Virus record (IMG/VR): IMGVR_UViG_3300031884_000939
Coordinates: 32,001 to 96,000 of that record
Length of the DNA stretch: 64,000 bases
Strand: one strand, 5' to 3'
Source of the DNA: a virus
Of the stretch, positions 9,218-17,971 are shown one piece after another; positions within the stretch are counted from its first letter, which is position 1, and every line of letters begins with the position of its first letter. A program made the position numbers and the translations under genes. The notes under the pieces are model-generated. The model searched no databases. It saw nothing but the letters and a program-made list of their open reading frames with translations, and had not been told where the DNA came from.

Positions 9218-10330
9218 TTATTTAAAATCGTTATCGGACAAATAATAGTCTTCAATATTAAATTTATGGATAATATTGAAATCAGTATCGATACCTTCAA
9301 ACATCATACGCTGTAAGAAAACAGTTCGTAAGCTAGGCTTTTTGAGTTTATTATCGAGATAGTCTTGATTTTTATCAAATTCAAATATTTCTAATTTTGC
9401 TTGTTTTTTATACTCAACCCATTTTGTGATATTCCTAGCATCTTGCGAGTTAATACTCCAAAGTTGGAAATCAGTTGAATCATAAAAATGGTGTAAGTAT
9501 GTATTCATAAATTCTTCAGAAAAGTTATGCCATAGTTTCGGAGAGCATAACACTAATAATCTAAATCTTACTGATTGCCACTTAAAGCAAAAGTTCCACC
9601 ACCAAAACCAATCAGCATTTTTTTCTATTGTTATACCGTATGTGTCAGCTGAACGACATACTGCGTCTATTAATAATGTAGAAACTTTAGGAACTTGTAT
9701 TTTGCTGTTTAAGTACGAAAATATAATATCTTTAGAAAAGCTATTATTAAAAACATCAGCTCTTTCTAACATAAAGTTTTTTAACATATCGCTACCAAAT
9801 AATTGGTCGTTATGCTCACCTGTTACTAATATAATACTTTTATCAAATAACCAAGGAATAGTTTCACTATTGATTATTTGTAATTTGCCAGCAATATAAT
9901 TTCTAAAGAATTCCTGATTTTCAATTACTGCGTCATAGCTTGTTAATACTCTAATTCTATCTTTAACTTCAGCTAACGGATAATTTTCTAAAAAACTAAT
10001 CAACATTCTTGTACTGTCGATGCCGCCGCTCCACATAATGCCTAATGGCTTTTGTAGTCGAATGCTAAGTTCCCATAGTTCAGCAGCTCGTTTGTTACAA
10101 CAATCTCTATAAGATAAAAAATTTGATGTTAATAGCGGTAACTCGCTACCTGGATATACTTTAGTGTTGATTGGTTGTTTAAACTGGTTAGTTCTATCTA
10201 CTAACCCAACAGCATTACTAATAGTTTTGTACATTGCTTTCCAGTCAGCAACTTCTGAATATAATGGTGTCGGTAATACAGCATTAGAATTAAAATAATA
10301 AACGGATTTCATGTTTCGGCATTGCCCCAA
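9218..10330 (-). CDS. PP-loop ATP pyrophosphatase (asparagine synthetase/QueC-like)
   Basis: WSGGIDST and LVTGEHNDQLFGS; start may be 10312 (MKSVYY). Confidence 0.7.
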   Translation of the reverse strand: MGQCRNMKSVYYFNSNAVLPTPLYSEVADWKAMYKTISNAVGLVDRTNQFKQPINTKVYPGSELPLLTSNFLSYRDCCNKRAAELWELSIRLQKPLGIMWSGGIDSTRMLISFLENYPLAEVKDRIRVLTSYDAVIENQEFFRNYIAGKLQIINSETIPWLFDKSIILVTGEHNDQLFGSDMLKNFMLERADVFNNSFSKDIIFSYLNSKIQVPKVSTLLIDAVCRSADTYGITIEKNADWFWWWNFCFKWQSVRFRLLVLCSPKLWHNFSEEFMNTYLHHFYDSTDFQLWSINSQDARNITKWVEYKKQAKLEIFEFDKNQDYLDNKLKKPSLRTVFLQRMMFEGIDTDFNIIHKFNIEDYYLSDNDFK

Positions 10331-10941
10331 AATTCTGTATATATTTGCATTCTTACAATATCTAATTCTTCTTGCGTAATTGCTTGGTTAATCATATCTT
10401 TGAATTTTTCTGCTAGGGCAGTAATTCTAAATTTAGTTATATTTTCAGTCTCAATTTTCAAACTTAACTCAGCAAATACTTGTTCAACCGGACGCTCAAC
10501 AATGCGAGCATACTCTTCTATCATAAGAGTATAAAATCCTTTACTAGGATCGCATTTTGTTATTTCTATATCGGCGACGGCACTAAACGCTGTCCATTTT
10601 GTTGTATCGACTCTTAATAAAGCATTTCCAGTATGGGTTTCCCATATACCAAATAAAATATGTCTGCGCTTTATAATTTCACGATTAATTAACCAAGATT
10701 CACTAACTTGAGTTGGATCAATAGGAACTAACTGTCCTGATCGCTTGTCATTTTTCCAAACATTATCATAAAATTCTGTTCGGTTTTTAAACTTTTCATA
10801 GTTATTTACAAATGGTGTAATACCACGCACAAAGCAATCAATAGAACTTGACGCTAATGCGTTAGCTGTAACTAATCGATTGGTAGAAGTGTAAACACAA
10901 AAATTTTCGTGACTTACTACAAGGTAGTGCATATCGTACAT
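10309..10941 (-). CDS. hypothetical protein coupled to the PP-loop gene
   Basis: 210-aa ORF overlapping the next start; TAAGTA upstream. Confidence 0.7.
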   Translation of the reverse strand: MYDMHYLVVSHENFCVYTSTNRLVTANALASSSIDCFVRGITPFVNNYEKFKNRTEFYDNVWKNDKRSGQLVPIDPTQVSESWLINREIIKRRHILFGIWETHTGNALLRVDTTKWTAFSAVADIEITKCDPSKGFYTLMIEEYARIVERPVEQVFAELSLKIETENITKFRITALAEKFKDMINQAITQEELDIVRMQIYTEFWGNAET

Positions 10942-10977
10942 ATGATATACTTATACTGCTAGATTTTGTTTAAATTA

Positions 10978-13464
10978 TTATTGACCTTGGATAGACCAGT
11001 CGTAGTCTACATTAACGACAACTTTGCCTTGCTTACCATAATATGCGTATGGATCAAACTCGTCACTAGTAACTTTGATACGCTTACTACTGCCATCATC
11101 AAAATATACTGTCCAAACAAAGTATTCGCCTGGGCGCAAACTTTCATTAACTTCGTCTTTAATCAAACGCAATGCTTCTTTGCGTACTTGAATATGACCG
11201 CCGTTATCTAAGTCTACTGTATAATATCCAGGAGCGCCTTTAAATGCGCCTGGACGGATTTCTCCAATAGTGCCCATTTGTCCAGCTTCAGGACCTTTAA
11301 CAATCTTAACACGATTGCCTAAGTTCTTAGCTTCACTGATAGCTTCAGCTAACATAACATCTAGGTTTTCGATACTTTCACAATGCCATTTTCTAAGTGA
11401 TAATGCTTTACGAGTTGGCTCTCCGTTGGGCTTTTTCATAGGACCCTTCATGCCACTCATACGAGCGCAAAATGATTTGCGGCGCTTATCATCTTTACTG
11501 CCTTTTTTAATTTTACTAGGCTTTTTAGTAACAGCGGTTTGTAGTTTAGATCCAGGATGTTCTTTGCGATAAGAGTCAACACCTTTCTTGTTTAAGCCGC
11601 CGTTTTTATTCTTGCCTGATTTCTTTTGCCAAGCGGCTGTTTCGTCTACAGCTTTCTTTTTAGCAATAGCAATAGCAGCTTGTTGTGCTGGGTTAGCGGC
11701 TTCTTCAACAGATTCATTAGGCACACAGTTACGCACTCGGCCACCATTTTTGCCCTTCTTAGTTCCTTCTTCGTGTTTGCCAGGCCAACATTTGGAAAAA
11801 CCATTTGAATCTTTTTGACCTTTTTTGATTTCTGTAAATGTTTTACGAGCTGATTCATAGATAGCAGGTTTAGTAATATTGTATCCATTACGAACAGCCC
11901 ACGATAAGAAATTATCTGATTCTTCAAGTTGACCAGTTAATCCTTTGTAAGCACCTTTAACCATGTCAATTTGTTTTTGTCCAACTTGTTGCATAAATGA
12001 TTTTTTAGGTTCAGCTTTCTTAGGTGCCTTAGGAGCTGTCATTTGCTTAATAGCATATTCTTCAGCATCCTTGCGTAACTTAGCACCTTCTTCATCAGTC
12101 ATTTCACCTAATCTAGCGGCAGCCGCTTTTTTCAATTGATTAGCGTGTTTGCCGGCACCACTTTGCATTACTGACTTAGGAGCATGGGTACTTTTTCTAA
12201 GAGGTTGCGATAAAGGATTAGAGCGAACGGTCATGTTGCCATCAATGCCCTCATCTACTTCTTGATCATCGCCGTTAATTTCGTGTTCGTCACCTTTGTG
12301 TAAATCTGGATCAGGTTGACTCTTCATACCTTTAGCTTTAGCAATTAAATATGCTAATTCTTTATCACCCATTGGATTGTCTAACTCTTCCAAGCCGCCA
12401 AAACCTTGCCCTGGCTTAGGAGGATTTGGATCTGTACCTTTCCAGTATCCGCCAAACTTAGGACCATCTGGATGATGTGCGGCTGCAGCCATTGATCCTT
12501 CCTTCATGATAGGATTTAATGTAATCTTATCTGCTTTTTCTTTTTCGCCTTGGTTGTATAATTTCTTCTTCCAGTTATCGTGAAAGCGGCGAGCATCTTC
12601 ATAGTAATCAAACTGTTTAACGGACTTGCCGGCTAAACAAACTTCATATGGCTCTACTTTGTTAAAGTCTTGCCAACCTTCTACTTTAATTAATTCATCC
12701 TGGTCAGGCTCGCCTGGGGCAGAATCTTTCCATTCTTCGACTGTAGCAGGAGCTTTAGTAATACCATGTTCTTTGTTAGCTTTTTTACGCCAAGCGATAT
12801 AACTACCATTATTGTTTACACCACCACCATGCTCATCTAAGTCTGCTTTGCGAGCTCGCATAGCATTATGGCCTTTGGACCACAATAAATGTTCTGGCGA
12901 TCCTTTTGGATGCGGATTGCTATCATATGATTTACCTTTAATAGCGGCATGCATGCCAGCATCGTGCGGGCTTACTTTTAAACTTTCGTCTACATCGCGA
13001 TTTTTGTTATTGTAGAATTTTTTAATACTACGAGCACTTGTGCGTGGCTTTGGAGCAATACGATAATCTCTGCCTGGGGCTTGTTCTTTTTTGCGACGAA
13101 CTACAGCTTTAGCTTCTTCCTTGCTACCGTAAGTTCCTTCTTTAGTGCCGTCAATAAAAACTGTATATGTATAATTTGTATCTGCGTAGTCTTCTTCTAA
13201 ATCAAACGCATCTAAATTACTTTGTGCTGTTCTTTCATTATGGGCCAATGTTTCTGCGCCCGGAGCTTCATCTACTTTTAGTTTGTAATAACTGTCGCGC
13301 TCTGCTTTAGCTTTAGCGTATGCGTGACGCATAGCTTCTTTATATTTAGGATCGTTTGATTCTTTAGCACGAGCTAAAAAGTCATCCATTTTAGCATTTA
13401 AGTCTTCAATACGACGTGCTTCAAGGTCGTCGATAGCCCCTTCAAATATATCAAATAAATTCAT
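10978..13464 (-). CDS. modular putative internal head protein (RMF-like, Cys-Trp, DUF6321-like and KOW-like modules)
   Basis: MNLFDIFE N-terminus; many (L/V/I)xE(A/S/G) linkers; KCWPG...NCVP and RRKSFCARM...LRKWHC modules. Confidence 0.6.
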   Translation of the reverse strand: MNLFDIFEGAIDDLEARRIEDLNAKMDDFLARAKESNDPKYKEAMRHAYAKAKAERDSYYKLKVDEAPGAETLAHNERTAQSNLDAFDLEEDYADTNYTYTVFIDGTKEGTYGSKEEAKAVVRRKKEQAPGRDYRIAPKPRTSARSIKKFYNNKNRDVDESLKVSPHDAGMHAAIKGKSYDSNPHPKGSPEHLLWSKGHNAMRARKADLDEHGGGVNNNGSYIAWRKKANKEHGITKAPATVEEWKDSAPGEPDQDELIKVEGWQDFNKVEPYEVCLAGKSVKQFDYYEDARRFHDNWKKKLYNQGEKEKADKITLNPIMKEGSMAAAAHHPDGPKFGGYWKGTDPNPPKPGQGFGGLEELDNPMGDKELAYLIAKAKGMKSQPDPDLHKGDEHEINGDDQEVDEGIDGNMTVRSNPLSQPLRKSTHAPKSVMQSGAGKHANQLKKAAAARLGEMTDEEGAKLRKDAEEYAIKQMTAPKAPKKAEPKKSFMQQVGQKQIDMVKGAYKGLTGQLEESDNFLSWAVRNGYNITKPAIYESARKTFTEIKKGQKDSNGFSKCWPGKHEEGTKKGKNGGRVRNCVPNESVEEAANPAQQAAIAIAKKKAVDETAAWQKKSGKNKNGGLNKKGVDSYRKEHPGSKLQTAVTKKPSKIKKGSKDDKRRKSFCARMSGMKGPMKKPNGEPTRKALSLRKWHCESIENLDVMLAEAISEAKNLGNRVKIVKGPEAGQMGTIGEIRPGAFKGAPGYYTVDLDNGGHIQVRKEALRLIKDEVNESLRPGEYFVWTVYFDDGSSKRIKVTSDEFDPYAYYGKQGKVVVNVDYDWSIQGQ

Positions 13465-13465
13465 T

Positions 13466-14542
13466 CTATTTTTCTTCTATGTAATCAGCCGATTGCTCAG
13501 CGTCATGTTTGGCTTTACGACGAGCCATATACATTTCTAATGCTATTTCACATTCTTCTAAACTGCTAAAACGACTTGGTAATTCTTTGCCAGCACGTTT
13601 GATACAAAAGCCATTGCGCTCATCGCCGTGGATCTCAACTAATACAGAGCCGCCGCCACCTGAGCCAATGCCAACATCCTCGACTGGAACATTAACTGTT
13701 TTAACTGGAGCTGTTGCGCTTTCTGCGTATGTAGGATCAGTTAACCCAGCAGGCGCTTCGCCTTGTGCCGGAGTTTGATTTGGATCTTCGTCCAACTCAT
13801 TTTCGTGTTCGCCGTATTCGTCGGCATCTTCATCATCGGCGTATTGATTGTATTCAACATTAGCAGCATTAAAACTGTGTGTTCCGTGATTGTATAAATT
13901 TACAATTATAAAATTACTGCGTTGTCCAAAATCAACAATTTCGCCAGTAGCGCCGCTAAACTGTACATCGCCAATAATTTCAACTGGGTCACCAATTCGT
14001 AATTCTTGACCTTCTTCTAAACTATCAGGGATAGCTTCTTCTACATCTTGTTCTTTTTTCTTTGCTAACTCAGCACGAGTTTGTTGTGCTAACTTGTTGC
14101 CTACGCCTGTGCCTTGTTTGTTGAAGCCCGGAGGATTGCGAAACGGTTTAGCCGGAGCCGGTGTGTATGGTGCGTCGGGATCTTGATCAGCTTCGTCGAC
14201 TGATTCTTTAGACTGTAGTTCTAAATCTTTTAATTCTTTTTTCTTTAAGTCTAAGTCTTGTTTTTTCTTAGTAATTAAATCTTTGTCTTGTTTGAGTGAA
14301 TCTTCTGCTGATTTTAAATAATCAACTAAACTTGCTTTAACTTTTGATAGTACATCGTCTGACTTCTCTTCGGCAAACTCAACACCACCGACACCAGGAG
14401 TAAAATCCTCTTCGGCTTTTTTTAAATTATTAAAGAGTGCTGGTTTCTTCTGTTTAGATTCAGCAATATGCTCATGCTTAGGAGCTATGCGCCCCTCAAG
14501 TATGGCTAATTTTTCTACAATACTATAAAAGTTATGGTCCAT
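13466..14542 (-). CDS. acidic modular putative internal head protein with KOW/SH3-like module
   Basis: ILEG, IAES, VDEA, VEEA, LEEG linkers; LRIGDPVEIIG...GATGEIV. Confidence 0.55.
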   Translation of the reverse strand: MDHNFYSIVEKLAILEGRIAPKHEHIAESKQKKPALFNNLKKAEEDFTPGVGGVEFAEEKSDDVLSKVKASLVDYLKSAEDSLKQDKDLITKKKQDLDLKKKELKDLELQSKESVDEADQDPDAPYTPAPAKPFRNPPGFNKQGTGVGNKLAQQTRAELAKKKEQDVEEAIPDSLEEGQELRIGDPVEIIGDVQFSGATGEIVDFGQRSNFIIVNLYNHGTHSFNAANVEYNQYADDEDADEYGEHENELDEDPNQTPAQGEAPAGLTDPTYAESATAPVKTVNVPVEDVGIGSGGGGSVLVEIHGDERNGFCIKRAGKELPSRFSSLEECEIALEMYMARRKAKHDAEQSADYIEEK

Positions 14543-14982
14543 TATGCTCTAGCTTCTTTCAAAAAACTTTGTAGCATCCAGATAAACTTGTTTGTGGCAG
14601 TTAATCTTTCAGCGATAAAATTTGCGATATCTTGCTTGTTCTCTGCTGTAGCAGCCGCAAAACATTCATTAAGAAGGTTGATCATAACATGGGAATCAGC
14701 TAGTAATTCCTCAAGCATGAGTTGTGCTCTAGGCACTTTAGTTTGGTCTTGAATACGGGATAACTCGTTATAACGAGTAAGGCTAGCAGGAGTGTATTCT
14801 CCCAGGGTGCGGATAAACTCCCCGAGCGGGTCAACGGCAGAATATGCGTCCTCATACACTTTTTGTAGGAATTTATGATATTGATAGAAGTCTTTGCCTT
14901 CTACATTAAAATGAAAGAAATGGGCTTTTAAGTAATAAGCGAAGTCACTCGCGAGTAAAATTTTCATCAATTCAGCCAGCAT
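14542..14982 (-). CDS. dps: Dps ferritin-like DNA-protection protein
   Basis: KAHFFHFNVEGKDFYQYHKFL...D.LGEFIR...WML; TAAATA upstream. Confidence 0.9.
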   Translation of the reverse strand: MLAELMKILLASDFAYYLKAHFFHFNVEGKDFYQYHKFLQKVYEDAYSAVDPLGEFIRTLGEYTPASLTRYNELSRIQDQTKVPRAQLMLEELLADSHVMINLLNECFAAATAENKQDIANFIAERLTATNKFIWMLQSFLKEARA

Positions 14983-15019
14983 TTTAAATCCTTTAAATTA
15001 TATATTATTTAGTTAAAAC

Positions 15020-15087
15020 TAAATAGAAGTGTAGTTCGCGGATCTCGACAATCCCAACTACTCTAACGCTTATAAGGAGCAATCAGC
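15020..15087 (+). promoter_or_regulatory. late promoter plus structured RNA leader of HNH gene (copy A)
   Basis: TAAATA, GTAGTT/AACTAC stem with inner GGAT/ATCC, TCTAAC linker, hairpin over AAGGAG. Confidence 0.7.
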
Positions 15088-15669
15088 ATGAGTATTTACA
15101 GAAAAGATAGCTACCATCGTAAAATATACGAGGATCACTATGGGCCAATTCCAAAAGATTCAGAAGGTCGTAGCTACGAAATACATCATATAGACGGAAA
15201 TCACGAAAATAACAACATTGATAATCTTCTCTGTGTAAGCATACAGGAACATTATAATATACACTATTCTCAAGGAGATTTCAAGGCTTGCCTTATAATG
15301 TCTAAAAGAATGGACATTTCTCCGGAAGAAAAATCGAGGCTAGCAAAAATAACTAACGCAGGCAAAAACAATCCAAGTTATGGGATTTATTGGTGGACTA
15401 ATGGAGTTGAAGAAAAGAAATCAAAAACTCAACCGGGACCAGAATGGACTCGCGGAAGATCTGCTATATTAAAAACTCGTGTATCGTCTACTATAGTTAA
15501 AAAGGATATTCGAGCAGGGGCAAAAAATACAAGTTATGGAAAATATTGGTGGACTAACGGAATAGATAGCATTAAATCAGATAAGTGCCCAGAGGGATAT
15601 TACAGAGGGGTAGGAGAAATACAGAGAATGAAGTCAAGAAATAAGTTGGCTAAATCTTGGATTTTTTAG
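15088..15669 (+). CDS. free-standing HNH homing endonuclease
   Basis: EIHHIDGNHENNNIDNL...EHYNIH; two YWWTNG DNA-binding repeats; antisense to neighbours. Confidence 0.9.
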   Translation: MSIYRKDSYHRKIYEDHYGPIPKDSEGRSYEIHHIDGNHENNNIDNLLCVSIQEHYNIHYSQGDFKACLIMSKRMDISPEEKSRLAKITNAGKNNPSYGIYWWTNGVEEKKSKTQPGPEWTRGRSAILKTRVSSTIVKKDIRAGAKNTSYGKYWWTNGIDSIKSDKCPEGYYRGVGEIQRMKSRNKLAKSWIF

Positions 15670-15862
15670 TTGATTTGTATGCTTTATATTCTTTAGGAGT
15701 ATTAGGAGTAAGATCGTTAGTTTCGACACCTGTAAAGAATGAGCCCTGGGGTATTCTTCGCTGTACGGCTCCTAGAGGAGTAGCCACGGGCGCAATACTT
15801 CCTGCGCTAGTACTAGCTACACTGGCGTCTTCTTTTAACCCTATAATTTCAAATAGTTTCAT
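15650..15862 (-). CDS. small putative internal head protein
   Basis: MKLFEII...LKEDAS N-terminus shared with the flanking modular proteins. Confidence 0.55.
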   Translation of the reverse strand: MKLFEIIGLKEDASVASTSAGSIAPVATPLGAVQRRIPQGSFFTGVETNDLTPNTPKEYKAYKSTKKSKI

Positions 15863-16146
15863 TCTAAAATCCTAAATTTTAAGTTATCTATAACTGCTCC
15901 GGGCCCGTATTCTACTTTTAAACTTTTAACATTTAGTTGGGCTAAATGCGGGGCAACTAACTCATAGCGTAACGTGTATTCACCCGGTTCGGCACTAATT
16001 TGTAAATCTTCTTCCAAAGCACTATCAGTCCAAATCCATGTACGTTCTGCAAATAATTCGTCATTAACATACAAACGATAGATAGGACTTAATCCTTCCC
16101 AATCGCAGTCAATATTACTCAGTATACGCACAAATTTTTTGCTCAT
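15859..16146 (-). CDS. hypothetical protein
   Basis: 95-aa ORF with TAAATA directly upstream. Confidence 0.7.
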   Translation of the reverse strand: MSKKFVRILSNIDCDWEGLSPIYRLYVNDELFAERTWIWTDSALEEDLQISAEPGEYTLRYELVAPHLAQLNVKSLKVEYGPGAVIDNLKFRILE

Positions 16147-16164
16147 ACTGTATTTAGCGGAATT

Positions 16165-17970
16165 TTATTTAGGTGCGGCAACTAATCGAACATTCTGTGC
16201 GATATCGCCTCTGTAGCCGTGTGTTGATTCAGGGTCATCTGCCCCGGTATTGATAGGTTTGTTAGTTTTCATATTAAATGCGTAAACATTTAATGAACGC
16301 CCATAACGTTGTTCTAAATCTTGCCATACTCTTTGGCCGCCTGGGGATTGATATTTGTCACTAACTAGCGTAAGCCCTTGGTTTTTAACCAACCAAGCAT
16401 ACAAATCTGCGGCACGAATAGGAGCTTTAGGACCTCCATATATACCAAATATTTCAAATGAATGTGGTTTGTTTGTTCCGCTAATGGTCATTTGACTAAC
16501 GCGAGTTTTAGGATCAAAAACGGAGTAAGCAGAATCGTTACCCTTGTCCCACTTATATACTTCTAACTGTCCTAAGTTCCCTACTAAGTTACCAAGTAAA
16601 CGTTTTTCTTTACCTGGAGGCACTGGTTCGCCTTTGTTTACTAAACCTGACTTGTCTTGATTTTTAGTTTTGATATTGTTATGATAAATCACTTCACTTA
16701 ACTCTCGTTCTTTATTTACGCGAGCCATATGCTGATCATATGTTTCTTCATCATCGTCTGACTCTAAGGGAACATAAGCTGGCATAGAAGTCATACCCAT
16801 ATCTCTAGCAGCCACAGCTCTGTGGTTGCCGTCAATAATCCAGCCTTCATTATCTACTACAATAGGTTTATTTTTAATGTCTTGTGCTGTAATATCTTTA
16901 ACATAATTGTAGTCAACTAAGTTGATTTGATCGTACGGACTAACTTCATCTGAATCTATATGTAAACTAGTTAGAGGTACCGTAGTGAGTTCCCATTTAG
17001 CATGATTCATTACAGCATGGTCTATAGTAAATTCATCTTTAGGATGTATTTTTTTAACATAAGACAATATTTCTTTGTTACTTTCTTCGCTGACTGGTTC
17101 CCATGACATTGGTTTAGCACCTTTAGCGACGGGTTTAAAACCATGACGCTTATATAACTTAGTTAATGAGGCTTGACTTACATTACCCTTAGCCCAAGGA
17201 TACAATGTTAACTTAATACCCGCTTCTTGTGCTTGACGCTGTAGCTCTTTAATAGCACGACTACCAACACCTTTGCGTTGTTCGGGCCCGGCCATGATCC
17301 AATCTATTTCTACTGTATCAGGTTTCATACTAGGTTTGAGTTTGAACGCGGCAAATTGCTGATCTTCGCCTTCTCCCCATACCATAACTTTATCTGCTTG
17401 ACCATACGGCCAATCAGGATACTGACTATATACCCTGTCAATAAATTCTTGTGCTTTATTTGATTCTACAGCTTCATTTAAATTTTTTTTTAAAAAAGTA
17501 TCGGCTAACTTTTTACACAGTAATTTAATCTTGCTATTTTCTGTAATAATGATTGTAAACTTTTCTTGGGTATTATCTTGTGATGGATCACTATACCCGC
17601 AATAAGCTAATTTGATATGTTTTTCATTTAATAAATCTGTACAGCTAACGCCATAGCGATTATCGCCAGTATCTTCACAGCATGGGCTCAGTGTAGTAAT
17701 TACAATACTGCCCTTTGGCAATTCTCCGTACTCTTCTTCATACTTGTCTATGGCTGCTCGTTCCGCATGGATTCTTGAATTTCCATATAGATAATTTACA
17801 CCAGTGACTAATCTACCCCGAGTATCTAATACCGCGGCGGCTACCATACCATAAAAGTCTGGATTATCTTGTTGTCCTTCGATGACCATATCGCAAAGCT
17901 CAACAAGAACTGCGTCTAGTTTTTCACGACTAAACTTTAGTTTAGGTTGGATAAAATCGTTTAAAATCAT
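16165..17970 (-). CDS. polyvalent protein: deaminase-like + GNAT + ParB/Srx-like + second GNAT-like domain
   Basis: HAE...LSPCC...C; QRKGVGSR...LYKRHGF; IIDGNHR; QSPGGQRVW; domains separated by LNEA/VESN, VSEES and LSEV. Confidence 0.8.
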   Translation of the reverse strand: MILNDFIQPKLKFSREKLDAVLVELCDMVIEGQQDNPDFYGMVAAAVLDTRGRLVTGVNYLYGNSRIHAERAAIDKYEEEYGELPKGSIVITTLSPCCEDTGDNRYGVSCTDLLNEKHIKLAYCGYSDPSQDNTQEKFTIIITENSKIKLLCKKLADTFLKKNLNEAVESNKAQEFIDRVYSQYPDWPYGQADKVMVWGEGEDQQFAAFKLKPSMKPDTVEIDWIMAGPEQRKGVGSRAIKELQRQAQEAGIKLTLYPWAKGNVSQASLTKLYKRHGFKPVAKGAKPMSWEPVSEESNKEILSYVKKIHPKDEFTIDHAVMNHAKWELTTVPLTSLHIDSDEVSPYDQINLVDYNYVKDITAQDIKNKPIVVDNEGWIIDGNHRAVAARDMGMTSMPAYVPLESDDDEETYDQHMARVNKERELSEVIYHNNIKTKNQDKSGLVNKGEPVPPGKEKRLLGNLVGNLGQLEVYKWDKGNDSAYSVFDPKTRVSQMTISGTNKPHSFEIFGIYGGPKAPIRAADLYAWLVKNQGLTLVSDKYQSPGGQRVWQDLEQRYGRSLNVYAFNMKTNKPINTGADDPESTHGYRGDIAQNVRLVAAPK

Positions 17971-17971
17971 T

